A stretch of 64,000 nt of DNA from an uncultured Methanomicrobiales archaeon (GCA_963758915.1 CAVWXH010000016.1:32001-96000); one strand, 5' to 3'. Shown: positions 10,825-22,423, counted from the first letter of the stretch. The notes: generated by a model from the sequence alone, not told the origin. A program made the numbers and translations.

Positions 10825-13800
10825 GTGACAACAACGAAGTTTACGAATGCGGCTATTATTATTGGAGTATTGCTGTTACTGGTGCTGCCAGCGTGTGCAG
10901 TCGCACCGACAATTATAAGCACATCTCCCAGTAGTGGAATGAATAATACTCTTGTATTGGTTTACAACATCGCAGGAACTGATTTTCCTGATCAAAACAA
11001 TGCGAGTGTGTATCTGAATCGGACAGGACAAACCGACTTCTATGCAGATAGTGTCATTGTAGATTCAAGCACTCAAATTCAGTGTATTCTGGATCTGACG
11101 CAGAAACCACTGTTTGGACAATGGAATGTTGTTGTAAAAAATACTTCGAGTCATGGAAACCGGGATTGGAATTAACAACTTTTCCGTAATAAATCCCGCA
11201 CCGACTCTGACTGGAACAGGTATTACACCGACTTCTGGGTATAACAACAATACCGCATTACCATTTACGGTAACAGGGACCAATTTCATATCCGGCGCGA
11301 GGGTAAACCTTACAAAATCCTTATCTCCAAATATAACTGCAACGATTTCCAGTTATTCAGGGAACACAATTACCGGAACCTTAGACATTTCAACTGCAGC
11401 AAATGGCACCTGGTATGTCTATGTTACCAACCCCGATGAACAAGTCACATCAGAAGTGAAGACATTCACTATCAACTGGCCACTTCCCACGATTTCCGGA
11501 TTTATACCGTCCCAAAGTATAAATAACGGCCCTCAGTCGATGACGATCAACGGGAACTCTTTCAGGTCCGATTCCACAGCTTATTTGAATAAGACTGGAT
11601 ATGCTGATATCAACCCGATCAGTATGCCTACGCCCACATCAAACCAGACGATTCCTCAATTCAATCTTGACGGTGTTCCTGTGGGTTCTTGGAATGTGAT
11701 AGTCCAGAATTCCGATGGTCCAAAAGCGACAGCAGCTAATAAATTCTGGATATTTTATCCCGATGCACCCGCTGTTGCTAATATCACTCCTTCCACGGGT
11801 GTAAATACAACTACTATCAGCGGATTTATGATTGGGGGTTCAGGATTCCGGCCAGGTGTCATAGTTTTACTGAATAAAACAGGCCAGACCGATATCCTTG
11901 CAACATCCATTGTTGTGAATAACCTGAGCTATATCACCTGTGATCTGCCAATATCAGGAGCACAAACCGGCGCATGGGATGTTAAAGTAATAAATAATGA
12001 TACTCTCCCCAGTCTTACCTCTCCCACATTCACCATCACCACGCCACCATCGCCAACTGCATCTTTCACTGCAGTTCCTATATCGGGGCCAGTCCCACTG
12101 AATGTCCAGTTTAATGATACATCAATAAATGCTCCAACTGCATGGAATTGGAGTTTCGGCGATGGTACCCCTGACTTCAACACAACAAATCCTTCGTTAA
12201 GAAATACAACACACACCTATGCAGCAGGTACCTGGTCAGCCCAGTTAACAGCAAGCAATGCCTATGGTAGCTCGCCAAGTGCACCACAGGTTATTACCGT
12301 GTCCCCTCCACCAGTTGCCAACTTCACTTATACACCAGTAAATGGCTTTGCACCCCTGCATGTTTTCTTCAGTGACACATCCGTGACAGGTATTACCAGT
12401 CAATTGTGGCACTTTGGAATTGATGCACATACGGCAACAGGGCCGACTACGGACTTCACGTATAATGATCCGGGTACCTACACGGTCAACCTTACTGCTA
12501 CCAATGCATCAGGGACCAGTTCAATTCAAAAAACTGTCCTTGTGACGACAAAACCCGTTGCGAACTTTACTGGTACCCCAACGTCGGGCACAAAGCCCCT
12601 ACTCGTGAACTTCACGGATCTTTCAACAGATACAACAGGATGGTACTGGGACTTTGGTGATGGTACAAACTCGACCCTGCAGAACCCGAACCACTCCTAC
12701 ACTGCTGTGGGATCTTACACTGTCAGTCTGATTCCCTCCAATGCTGGTGGCAATGGGGACCTCCTGGTCAATACCGGCTACATTACAGTGCTCCCAGAGA
12801 TCCCGGTTGCCAGTTTTACCGCAAATCCAGTGATGGGAACTACCCCACTTCTGGTAACATTCAATGATACGTCATCCAATATTCCAACGTCATGGGCCTG
12901 GGATTTCGGAGATGGAGCGACATCGGCACTAAAGAATACGACCCATACGTTCACCACCGGGACCTGGATTGTTAATCTTACCGCCTCAAATAGCGATGGG
13001 AGCAACACGACGGAACCAGGTACAACAATAACCGTCAATCCAGCTCTCCCTGAAGCTGCCTTTACTGCGGACCACTACTCAGGGATTGCTCCTCTGATGG
13101 TGAACTTCACTGATTCATCCCTGTATGCACCTACTGCCTGGAACTGGAGTTTCGGTGATGGGACATATTCACTGTTGCAGAACCCCTCAAAGGTTTTCAG
13201 TGTTGGGACCTGGAATGTTACCCTTACAGCATCGAATAGTGCAGGAAGTAATACTTCGTCACCGGCTGCTATAACAGTAAACCCGGTACCTGTACCACCC
13301 GTTGCAAATATTATTGCAACCCCCGACAAGGGATTCGTTCCTCTTACGGTAACGTTTACTGATGGTTCAGAATCAGGAATCTTAAGTTGGAACTGGAACT
13401 TTGGTGATGGATCCTCGAGCACATTGCAAAATCCAACTCCAAAACTCTATAGCAGTGCACAAAATTTCACGGTAAATCTGGAAGTTACTAATGCATCTGG
13501 CACGAACTCGACAACGAAGGCAATTATTGTAACCAACAAGCCGGTTTCCGATTTCAACGCAACGCCGACGTCAGGCATCAGGCCGTTACTGGTAAACTTT
13601 ACCGACCTGTCTACTGACGCAACCGGATGGTATTGGGACTTTGGAGACGGGACCAATTCCACAGAGCCAAACCCTGGTCACATATATGCTGATGAAGGGA
13701 CCTACAGCGTCAGCCTGACTGCAAAGAATGCCGGTGGAAACGGGGATACGGTAGCCAAAATCGATTACATCTCTGCAAGAATTCCAGGACCAGTCGCGGG

Positions 13801-15546
13801 TTTCACCGCTGCTCCGACACATGGAGATGTCCCATTGGCAGTCCAGTTCAATGACACCTCCACAAATGGACCCACTTCCTGGAACTGGGACTTTGGAGAT
13901 TTCAGCTCTTCAAGCATGCAAAATCCAAGCCACATTTACACAACACCCGGGGTCTATACCGTAAGGCTTGAGGCGTCGAATACAGGTGGTACAAACACGT
14001 CCGTAATGCCAGACCTGATTAACGCTACCCAGCCGAAACCCGTAGCGGAATTCACCGGCTACCCAGCAGTGGAATTGCACGGAGTGACCGAGTTCCACTT
14101 TGTTGACCTGTCAACAAACAACCCGACTTCATGGCTCTGGAATTTCGGTGACAGTGCTACATCCAATGTACAGAATCCCAATCATACGTATCAAACAAGA
14201 GGAAATTACACAGTTTCACTGACTGTGACGAATGCAGGTGGCAGTGATACCGCTAAGCAGAGGGTCCGATTGTTGTAACAAACCCACGACCAATCGCGAA
14301 TTTCACCGGTACACCAAGATTAGGGTCAGTCCCTCTGAAAGTCCAGTTTACTGACACATCTTCAGGTATTTCCCTACTACCTGGATATGGGACTTTGGGG
14401 ACAATACCATTGGAACCGGATCGTAACCCGGTCCATACTTACAATAAGGCCGGAAGTTACAATGTTCCCTTATGGCAATAGATGCCAGACCTCGGGATTT
14501 CCGCAATTCCACCCTGACGAGACCGGCGTACATAACAGCGACAAACACACCGTTTGCTGAATTCACTGCGAGCCCGACAAGCGGGATAGTCCCGCTCTTT
14601 GTGAGGTTTACAGACCAGTCACAGGGTAATCCGTTCCGGTACTACTGGAAGTTTGGAGACGGTGACGGTCTCCAGTGCGAAGAACCCCACACACTACTAC
14701 AAGAGACCCGGTGTATACACCGTTACGTAGACGGTCCAGAATATTGCTGGATGAATACAACGTCAAGGAGAACCTGATTACCGTAACGCACTGCCCGCAG
14801 GCAAGTTTCGTCGTAAATGCGACATCAGGAATTGCACCCAAGACAATCCGGTTCACTGACACCTCAACTGGTGTTCCGAATGCCTGGAACTGGGACTTTG
14901 GAGACGGGTCCCCGGTTCTCGACTGAACAGAACCCGGTCCACACCTACTATTCATCCGGTGCTCTATCAGTGTCCAGTTGATAGTGTTCGAACGGAATCG
15001 GGTCGAGCACGGCAACAAAGCCCTCCCTGATTAGCATCGGAACCCCGACTGGTGCTGATTTCACGTTCAAGCCTGCAGAGGGTGATGTACCATTAATGAT
15101 ACAGTTTACCGATAATTCCGCGGGTGGTCCGATCCTCATCTACAAATGGCAGTTCGGCGACGGGTATGTTTCCAAAGATCCAGAACCCGGTCCATACCTA
15201 TATGAAACCAGGGAATTACACGGTGACCCTGACTATTACAGCCAATACCGGTGCAGTATCATCTGTCTCAAAGGAAGTAGTCCTGACAGGTACACCGGTA
15301 GCATCGTTCAAGGCAAACCCGACTGGCGGCTCAACTCCATTGACCGTCCAGTTCACCGATACCTCTTCAAATAATCCGACAACCTGGTTCTGGACATACG
15401 GTGACGGGACATTTGGGAATGTGAAAAATCCAGTCCATACCTATAATTCTCCAGGCACCTACACGGTGAAGATGTTCGCCAGTAACAGTTATGGCGACGA
15501 CACCGTTACCTATCCCGGCCTCATAAGTGTGAGCCAGTTCCCATAA
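10825..15546 (+). CDS. Large secreted surface protein: signal peptide, 4 IPT/TIG-like units, about 14 PKD repeats (several frameshifts)
   Basis: GTG after AGGTGA; hydrophobic leader ending LPACA; repeated PVANF-x-P..G..PL-V-F-D-S...W-W-FGDG...NP-H-Y units continue across ORFs 11153-14278, 14472, 14675, 15096 and 15124; dense N-x-S/T sequons. Confidence 0.88.
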
Positions 15547-15749
15547 CTTTTTTTAGAAACGTAACTATTATCCGCGGATAACTTTTTGAAAGGTTTCGTT
15601 GTTACATAGTTATTTACAGGTAATTATTCACGGAATTAATCAAATTCCACGTAGGAATAAACGGTATGATGGGCAAAAACCGGCTTTTTTTAACCTTCTA
15701 AACCCATCTTCATGATATCAGGTTGTCCGGTAATTATCTCCTGCTCCCG

Positions 15750-15950
15750 GTGCGGAGCTCCGGGAGTGTGACGAAATTTTGGAATTACCAATCTGCAAGA
15801 TAGATTTGAGAGGATTTCCCATCAAATCGTCCGGGTGGGAACTCCATGTTCATGTGTGTTTCTACAGAGCGTGCTATGAGCCGTTGGCTCATAGATGAGT
15901 ATGAAAAAGGTCGTCTTTCAGGTGGTTCGTGGAGTTTTTCATACCAGCCC
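15750..15950 (-). mobile_element. Repeat-family locus: partial core, shortened module A, TIR, extension GGCTCATAGCAC and module B
   Basis: GTGACGAAATTTTGGAATTACCAATCTGCAAGATAGATTTGAGAGGATTTCC is the exact reverse complement of 1901-1952; GTTTCTACAGAGC at 15858-15870; 15871-15950 is homologous (reverse complement) to 27195-27275. Confidence 0.8.
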
Positions 15951-15967
15951 AAAAAACGAGAAAAAAA

Positions 15968-17005
15968 TTATAATTGCGGTTTGGTTTTCAGTGCCTCAAC
16001 AATCAGGCGGACACCTTCTTCAATGTCCTCCAAATCAAGAACTTCGACTGGTGAATGAATATACCTGGTAGCAATTGATATCGTTGTGCTTGGGATACCC
16101 CCCCTGGTCAGGTGTATTGCCGTGGCATCTGTGGTACCCCCGCTTCCAACTTCGAGCTGTACGGGGATGTCATTTTTCTTTGCCGTCCCGGATAACCATG
16201 TTACAAGGGCCCTGCTCGCAATCAGTCCGCGTCCCCCTGCATCAACAATAGTAATTACCGGCCCCTTTCCCATCTCAATATTGGCGTCCTTCTTTTCGAT
16301 GCCGGGGTGGTCACCAGGGATGGTGACATCGGTGGCGATTGCACAATCGGGATCGAGCGTGTAGGAGCTGGTCCTTGCACCTTTCAGCCCTACTTCCTCC
16401 TGGACCGTGAACACAGCATACACCGTATGGGGAGATTTCATGGTCTTCACCGCTTTGATCAGCATCGCGACACCTGCCCTGTTATCGAATGCTTTTCCTG
16501 TCACGCGACCGTTTGCCAGCTCAGCAAATTCGCGGTCGATAGTAACAGGTGTACCGACTGCAATCCCGAGTTCCCAGACTTCATCAGCATTGTTAGCCCC
16601 GACATCCACAAACATATCGTCGGTCTTGATTCCTTTTTTTCTTTCTTCCTCTTCCATCATATGAGGTGGTTTTCCGCCGATTACACCGTAGACCTTTCCC
16701 TTTGATCCATGGAATATGACCCGCTGGTTATAGAGTGTCGGGGCGTACCACCCGCCGAGTGTGACAAACCTGATAAAACCCTTATCATCTATGTATTTTA
16801 CCATCAGGCCAATCTCATCCATATGGGCTGCAAGCATCACCGAAAACTTACCCCCTTTTTTTACGGCAATCAGGTTACCCATCGGGTCTTCCCTTATCTC
16901 ATCAACAGAGCCTTTCAATTCTTTTTTGACAATATCGTAAACGCTTCCTTCACTGCCTGATACACCGTGGGCATTGGATAATTTTTTAAGAAGTTCTTTG
17001 ACCAT
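15968..17005 (-). CDS. M42 family metallopeptidase (TET-like aminopeptidase)
   Basis: AAHMDEIG, KAFDNRAG, TVQEEVGLKGA, GGTTDA, RYIHSPVE motifs. Confidence 0.95.
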   Translation of the reverse strand: MVKELLKKLSNAHGVSGSEGSVYDIVKKELKGSVDEIREDPMGNLIAVKKGGKFSVMLAAHMDEIGLMVKYIDDKGFIRFVTLGGWYAPTLYNQRVIFHGSKGKVYGVIGGKPPHMMEEEERKKGIKTDDMFVDVGANNADEVWELGIAVGTPVTIDREFAELANGRVTGKAFDNRAGVAMLIKAVKTMKSPHTVYAVFTVQEEVGLKGARTSSYTLDPDCAIATDVTIPGDHPGIEKKDANIEMGKGPVITIVDAGGRGLIASRALVTWLSGTAKKNDIPVQLEVGSGGTTDATAIHLTRGGIPSTTISIATRYIHSPVEVLDLEDIEEGVRLIVEALKTKPQL

Positions 17006-17109
17006 AGCACAGGTACTATTACTTCTTGGACCCTATCAACAGTTCGATGTAAAAACGTGCATGAAGCCAGATGGCTCCCGCACCGAAGCAATGAAAATTT
17101 GGAAATAAC

Positions 17110-17374
17110 GGCTTTGTTGAAATGCTCTAAAATCTATCTTTAAGATTAGGTTATTCCAAAATGTAATCACGCTCCCGGGGCTCATGGCCCGCCGCTTTGG
17201 CGACCCCGATTGGGATAGGGAATGATCGCTAAATGACTGAAAATTTTCAGGTACCCTTCAGTTGAACCCTGCCCCAGTGTATCTTAATGGGGGTGGGACA
17301 GGGAGGGGGCGAAACCCCCTCCTGTCTGAGCAGTTCTGTTATTTTTTTATTCCGCGTAGGATTTCTAAAGAGCC
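17110..17374 (+). mobile_element. MITE-like element, core only, with 7-bp target duplication
   Basis: GGCTTTGTTGAAAT / ATTTCTAAAGAGCC; AAATAAC at both 17103-17109 and 17375-17381. Confidence 0.88.
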
Positions 17375-17481
17375 AAATAACATTTTTCACTCCCAGTGCG
17401 TTGTTGGATCCAAAATTTCCAATGAAAATTCCATCTACAATTTCATTCTTTATGCCCGACCGCAGGGCGGTCATAGGCGGT

Positions 17482-17556
17482 TAATATGAAAATTCACCCC
17501 GGCATTTTAATTTTGCATGATTTTGGATTTTTGGTATCATGTCTGTTTTCATGAAA
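17482..17556. repeat. Module C of the repeat family
   Basis: TAATATGAAAAT...ATCATGTCTGTTT shared with 46182-46250. Confidence 0.65.
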
Positions 17557-17692
17557 AAATGTATAGCAATGTGCCCGGGGGCCCCTGGTTCCCGGTTATG
17601 ATAACCCGGTGACCAGGATGAAAATAGGGGGCCGGGGATTACCGGTTATGGACGGACCCGGATTATCTGCCTGTTTACCATGTTTTAAAAAA

Positions 17693-18787
17693 TCAGAGGG
17701 CCGCTTGTATCCGCTGAATGGCCTCTTCAAGAGTTTTACGGGGGGCTGCATAGCTCAAACGGGCATAGTCAGGGGCATTCTTTCCGAATGCACTGCCGGG
17801 TACAATTACAACACCCTTCGAAAGAACCCGGGAGATAAGGGCCTGGTCCATCGGGACAAAAGCATAAAACGCCCCCTCAGGAATAGGAAAATCGATACCC
17901 ATGGATTTGAACCCGTTGTAGATAAGGTCCCTTCGTGCCTGGTACTCCTTGTGCATGGCGGCCACCGCTGACTGGTCACCCGTATAGGCTGCCAGAGATG
18001 CATATTGTGAGATTGACGTTGCACAGGCCTGGCAGTACTGGTGGACCTTCACACATGGGGTAATATATTCTTCAGGTGCTGCAAGGAAGCCCAGACGCCA
18101 CCCTGTCATAGCATAGGTCTTACTTACCGCGTTAACGGTTATTACATCATCACCAAAGGCTGCCGCGCTGATGTGTTCCTGTCCGTAAATAAAATGCTCG
18201 TATACCTCATCTGATACTATCGTTACACCTGCATCCATGGCATATTCAACGATATCCCTGATCGTTTCCTTGTTTTCAACTGCACCTGTCGGATTTGCAG
18301 GAGAATTAAGAACGAATAACCGTGCCCCATCCATTACTTCCTTTGCCTTCTCCACGTCAATGTGAAGTCTATTGTCAAGGGGTACTCCTTCCGGACGCCC
18401 GCCTGCAATCGATGCAAGCGCAGCATATGACACGAATCCCGGGTCTGCAAAAAGGACCCGGTCACCCGTCTCAACCAGGGCCTGCATAATCAGGTGCAGC
18501 GCCTCGCTTGCACCGGCAGTGACAATTACCTGATCAGGGGTATAGGAGAGGTGGTTTTCTCTCCTGAATTTTTCACAGATCGCTTCCCTCAACTCGATAA
18601 TACCGGTATTGTTGGTATACCCTGTTTTGCCGTCACGAATTGCCTGTATTGCAGCTTCCTTGATATGGTCCGGGGTATCAAAGTCAGGCTGTCCGAGCCC
18701 GAGATTGATAGAACCGGGCCCGGCCGATTCGAATAATTTTCTGATACCCGAGACCTCGATATCTTTTACACGTCCTGCGATTTTCAT
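17693..18787 (-). CDS. PLP-dependent aminotransferase class I/II (aspartate aminotransferase-like)
   Basis: INLGLGQPDF, NSPANPTG, SDEVYE, SKTYAMTGWRLG (PLP lysine). Confidence 0.95.
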   Translation of the reverse strand: MKIAGRVKDIEVSGIRKLFESAGPGSINLGLGQPDFDTPDHIKEAAIQAIRDGKTGYTNNTGIIELREAICEKFRRENHLSYTPDQVIVTAGASEALHLIMQALVETGDRVLFADPGFVSYAALASIAGGRPEGVPLDNRLHIDVEKAKEVMDGARLFVLNSPANPTGAVENKETIRDIVEYAMDAGVTIVSDEVYEHFIYGQEHISAAAFGDDVITVNAVSKTYAMTGWRLGFLAAPEEYITPCVKVHQYCQACATSISQYASLAAYTGDQSAVAAMHKEYQARRDLIYNGFKSMGIDFPIPEGAFYAFVPMDQALISRVLSKGVVIVPGSAFGKNAPDYARLSYAAPRKTLEEAIQRIQAAL

Positions 18788-18811
18788 CCTGTTCCTCCGT
18801 TTTCAAATCTC

Positions 18812-19423
18812 CTACTCGATATTTGTATGGCGGTTTTTGAGTTCAGTCTCATCCGTTTTTGTGATCTCCATCAGGCGGGAGACGACGGCATCGGCAAATA
18901 TCATGGATGCTGTCTCAAAAAGGGTGCCAAGTGGTGCGAAGGATTTATGGTCCCCCATCATCTGCCGGATCTCAAACTCCTCCGCGTCATCCTTCACCAC
19001 GTCCCGCTGGTGCTCAATGATCACCATGCAGTCTGCAATTCTTCCAATTTTTGAATCCGGATTGGACGTGATAAGGGAAATTCGTCCTCCTATATCCTTC
19101 GCGGTTTCTGCGATATCTGCAATGGTCTTTGTTTTTCCTGAACCTGAAAAGACGACGAGCAGGTCTCCGGGTTTCATTGCAGGGGTAATCGTCTCACCTA
19201 CCACGTAAGAATGGAGACCAAGGTGCATAAGTCTCATTGCGAAGGCTTTTGCAACCAGCCCGCTCCTTCCTGCACCCATAATAAAAATCCGCTCGGCTTT
19301 CAGTATTTCCGTTAAAAAATTCTCAATCTCTTCTTCAGAGAGTGAACTGGCGATAGACCTGATCCGTTCCACCATCAGGTGCATCATTTCCTGTACTCGA
19401 TGATCAGGCATGAGAAGTCCCAT
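18812..19423 (-). CDS. hxlB: 6-phospho-3-hexuloisomerase (start may be 19411 or later)
   Basis: SIS domain: GAGRSGLVAKAFAMRLMHLG, SGSGKT, APLGTLFE, C-terminal RHTNIE. Confidence 0.93.
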   Translation of the reverse strand: MGLLMPDHRVQEMMHLMVERIRSIASSLSEEEIENFLTEILKAERIFIMGAGRSGLVAKAFAMRLMHLGLHSYVVGETITPAMKPGDLLVVFSGSGKTKTIADIAETAKDIGGRISLITSNPDSKIGRIADCMVIIEHQRDVVKDDAEEFEIRQMMGDHKSFAPLGTLFETASMIFADAVVSRLMEITKTDETELKNRHTNIE

Positions 19424-19610
19424 AAAAAGATCCCACTACAAAACAGATGAGCATTTCGTAATATCCGTACTATCCCGGGTCGGCCCGGATCCTGATCCAT
19501 GTCTCCAGGGATTGGACTGGATAGAAAAGAGCCTTCAGGGACTTATACCCATTTATGACCTGGATGGTCATGGGATGCTCTTCTGGTCATTAAAACCGTT
19601 TGGTTATTCT

Positions 19611-19860
19611 GGCTTTTCTAAAAAACCCCTCAAAATCTATCCGTCAAATCGGGGAATTCCAAAGTTAGTCAAGCTCCCGGGGCTCCGACTTCCAGCTTTG
19701 ACGACCCCGGTTTAGACAGGGAATAATCATCTGAATCAATGAAAATTTTTTAGGATTTTACAGTTGAACCCAGCCTGAATGAAGCCTTAAACGGTGTTGG
19801 ATAGGTAAACCCCCCTCATCCATGAGCAATCCGGTTAACTTTTTTATGGTATGGATATTC
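19611..19860 (+). mobile_element. Degenerate core-only copy of the repeat family
   Basis: GGCTTTTCTAAAAAACCCCTCAAAATCTATC ... GCTCCCGGGGCTCC ... GACCCCGG ... GTTGAACCC; right end eroded. Confidence 0.7.
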
Positions 19861-19875
19861 CCAGTTCACACCGCA

Positions 19876-21417
19876 TCAGGGATAATCCTGCTCCCGGTGG
19901 CAATAGTATTTCTCAATTGTGCCATAGGGAACTAGTTTTCCTTCCAGGAGAACTGATACCGGTCCGTGACCCCCGCAAACCAGGCAATTTTTCCCAGCCT
20001 TTTCTAGTTTAAGGTTTGTTTGAGAGACAATTTCAAATAGTGATTTTCTTTCACGCTTTGCGATATCACTGTCCACATTTACCGAGGTAACAAGGAACGC
20101 TGCAAGCGAGCTGTATGCTGCCCGGTCACTCGTGAGATGCTCGAAATTAATCACGGTGTCTGCAGTAAAAATCAGACCTGCCTCTTCATTGAACAGGTAA
20201 ATTTGTCCGTACTGGTGGCCTCCCAGTCCTTCGAGTACATGGAACTGAAGGTTACCTATTGTAACCTGATCAATAACAGGGAATAAACCAATTTTCTCTC
20301 CCTTTCCTTCCCTGAAAAGGACTTCTTTCACGGGAGGATTGAACCTGGAAAACAATCCTATCAGCCTCGTATACACCTCCTCAAGTATGGACTCCTCGCT
20401 CCGCGATCCATAGGCCCTGTTTGCCTCCCTGATTATTTTTTGCGTTCCCTTGTGCATCAGGACCGGGACATGGTAAAAACCGGTTGCACCGCAGTGGTCC
20501 GCGTCTGCATGTGTGACAATGATTTTTGAGAGTTTTCCCGGCAGGAGAAGATTGCAGGCACAGAGCATCTCCTGGATATCGGGATGATAGATCCCATACC
20601 CGGTATCTACGATTACCTGCTCTTCAGGTGATGAAAACAGGTAGACGCTTCCCCCGCAGGGAGGCTGGAAACAAAAAAGGTCCAGGTCCCTGTTCACAAC
20701 GATGTGCTGGATATCCGCATAAAAATGTTCCCCTGATGTTGTTTTCAAGCTTTTTCCTGTTGTGAGTATACTTTCGAATACCTCTTTTGGTGACTCCCCG
20801 AGACTCATAAGCTCCTGGACAATATGGTTAATATCACCAAGCAGTGGGAGGAGGAAATCATCAGGGGAATCCCCGATAAGGTCCCGGATGGACTGGGCGA
20901 AACGGAGGTAAAAAACCGTGTCATCCAGGTGCGCACCTGAATCATCATATTCAATCACCTCTATCCGGTATTTTGACCGGAGTGCATCAAGAAGCCTGTC
21001 AGCTGCCTCGTTTTCTTCGAGGTTCAGGCTGATGGTGAGCCGTTCCGGGTGTCGCCCCTTGTCGTCAAAATCTATATAGGCAATATTTGCATGGCAGGAA
21101 GTGGTGTAATTCAGAAATTCGAACAGGGCACCCGGGCAGTGAGGGAGGTAGACGAACATCTTCAGGAAGCTCAAAGGTTTTAATGAAGTCTGCAGATAAC
21201 CCAGCTCGTCAAGATCCTTTATAATTTTCCGGTAGTCATCTACACCGGCGGTCATTTCAAAAAACACTATAAAAGGGTCGATTCTGCGATCAAACTGGAT
21301 CCGATTGATATTGCCCTCATATTGTTTCACAATTTCTGCGGCTTTGTGGAGTGAACCCGGCTTATCTGGTACACGGGCAATGAATGAATAACGAGCAGGG
21401 GAATTACCTTCTGACAT
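19876..21417 (-). CDS. Tandem ACT-like domains fused to a metallo-beta-lactamase-fold hydrolase
   Basis: VPDKPGSLHK and LPHCPGALFE ACT-like motifs; IVDTGYG, THADADHCG, GGHQYG, FTADT, CGGHG MBL motifs. Confidence 0.8.
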   Translation of the reverse strand: MSEGNSPARYSFIARVPDKPGSLHKAAEIVKQYEGNINRIQFDRRIDPFIVFFEMTAGVDDYRKIIKDLDELGYLQTSLKPLSFLKMFVYLPHCPGALFEFLNYTTSCHANIAYIDFDDKGRHPERLTISLNLEENEAADRLLDALRSKYRIEVIEYDDSGAHLDDTVFYLRFAQSIRDLIGDSPDDFLLPLLGDINHIVQELMSLGESPKEVFESILTTGKSLKTTSGEHFYADIQHIVVNRDLDLFCFQPPCGGSVYLFSSPEEQVIVDTGYGIYHPDIQEMLCACNLLLPGKLSKIIVTHADADHCGATGFYHVPVLMHKGTQKIIREANRAYGSRSEESILEEVYTRLIGLFSRFNPPVKEVLFREGKGEKIGLFPVIDQVTIGNLQFHVLEGLGGHQYGQIYLFNEEAGLIFTADTVINFEHLTSDRAAYSSLAAFLVTSVNVDSDIAKRERKSLFEIVSQTNLKLEKAGKNCLVCGGHGPVSVLLEGKLVPYGTIEKYYCHREQDYP

Positions 21418-21603
21418 CTGAATAAAAAATTAGACTCCTGTTTCGATATACATTCTGGTCTGCAGAAGGACCGGTTCTCCCCGAAGGCGAACGCATTTCC
21501 TTCCCTTCCGGCCAATCAGCGGAAATTATTATATATCTTCGTAATAGAGTGGGATAGTAATACCCGCCGCAATAGTTAGGGCAGGAAAAGAGGGGGCCCC
21601 TGA

Positions 21604-22389
21604 TTGAACCAATTAAAAATAGTTATTGTTGAAGATGATCCCATCCTCTGTGATCTGTTAAAAATCCGGCTTGCAAAACTGGGATATTCCGTTACGGGTA
21701 TGTTTGCAACCGGGGAAGATGCAATACGGGAAATTTCAGAACACACCCCGGATCTAGTCATTATGGACGTCACCCTTGTTGGTAAGATGGATGGGATCGA
21801 AACTGCACAGCAGATCCAGAAACAATGTCCTATCCCGGTTGTATACCTTACAGGAAGCACGGACCAGCAAACCTTTGAGCGGGCGAAAGTTACTGAAGAT
21901 AGTGAGTACATCATCAAACCGTTCAGCGACAGTGATCTCCATATCGGTATCGAGATGGCCTATCATAAGTTTGGTCTGCATAATAAGACGAAAAAAAAGC
22001 AAAAATTCCTTGAAAATATTATTAAATTTTCAGGAATTGGCATTATCACCACTGACCGGGAGGGAACTGTTATTATTGCAAACCCTGCAGCAGAATTATT
22101 GACCGGGTTTCATTTCCATTCCTCAAAGAAAATTAAATTCGGTGAAATGGTGAATATAACCGATGAAAAAGGCCATAAGATTGAGAGTCTGGTGGAAGTT
22201 ACCAGGGCTGACCTCTTAGTCCGTGACCTCCCTGGATCTGCGGTCCTGGTCGTAACAGACGGGACAACACTTCCTGTCCGGGGTACGGTATCACCCCTGA
22301 CAGAAGGAGACCGGCAGTTTAACGGAATTATTTTTACCTTTGCCCCGGTGACACGGGAACATATTTTGGGTTTTTCAACGACAGTATAA
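21604..22389 (+). CDS. Response regulator receiver plus PAS domain protein
   Basis: IVEDD, PDLVIMD, YLTG, IIKPF; then IITTDREG..ANPAAELLTG PAS fold. Confidence 0.9.
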   Translation: MNQLKIVIVEDDPILCDLLKIRLAKLGYSVTGMFATGEDAIREISEHTPDLVIMDVTLVGKMDGIETAQQIQKQCPIPVVYLTGSTDQQTFERAKVTEDSEYIIKPFSDSDLHIGIEMAYHKFGLHNKTKKKQKFLENIIKFSGIGIITTDREGTVIIANPAAELLTGFHFHSSKKIKFGEMVNITDEKGHKIESLVEVTRADLLVRDLPGSAVLVVTDGTTLPVRGTVSPLTEGDRQFNGIIFTFAPVTREHILGFSTTV

Positions 22390-22423
22390 TACTTTTAATC
22401 CGGTAGTACCTGACCCTTATAAA

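Noticed and set aside
17575-17670. Scattered CCGG(T/A)TAT-like motifs
   Set aside because: Short and irregular; CCGG is common throughout the window.
21455-21515. Fluoride riboswitch
   Set aside because: Only partial resemblance (GGAAATG-CGTTC-GCC); the downstream GATGAC pseudoknot segment is missing.
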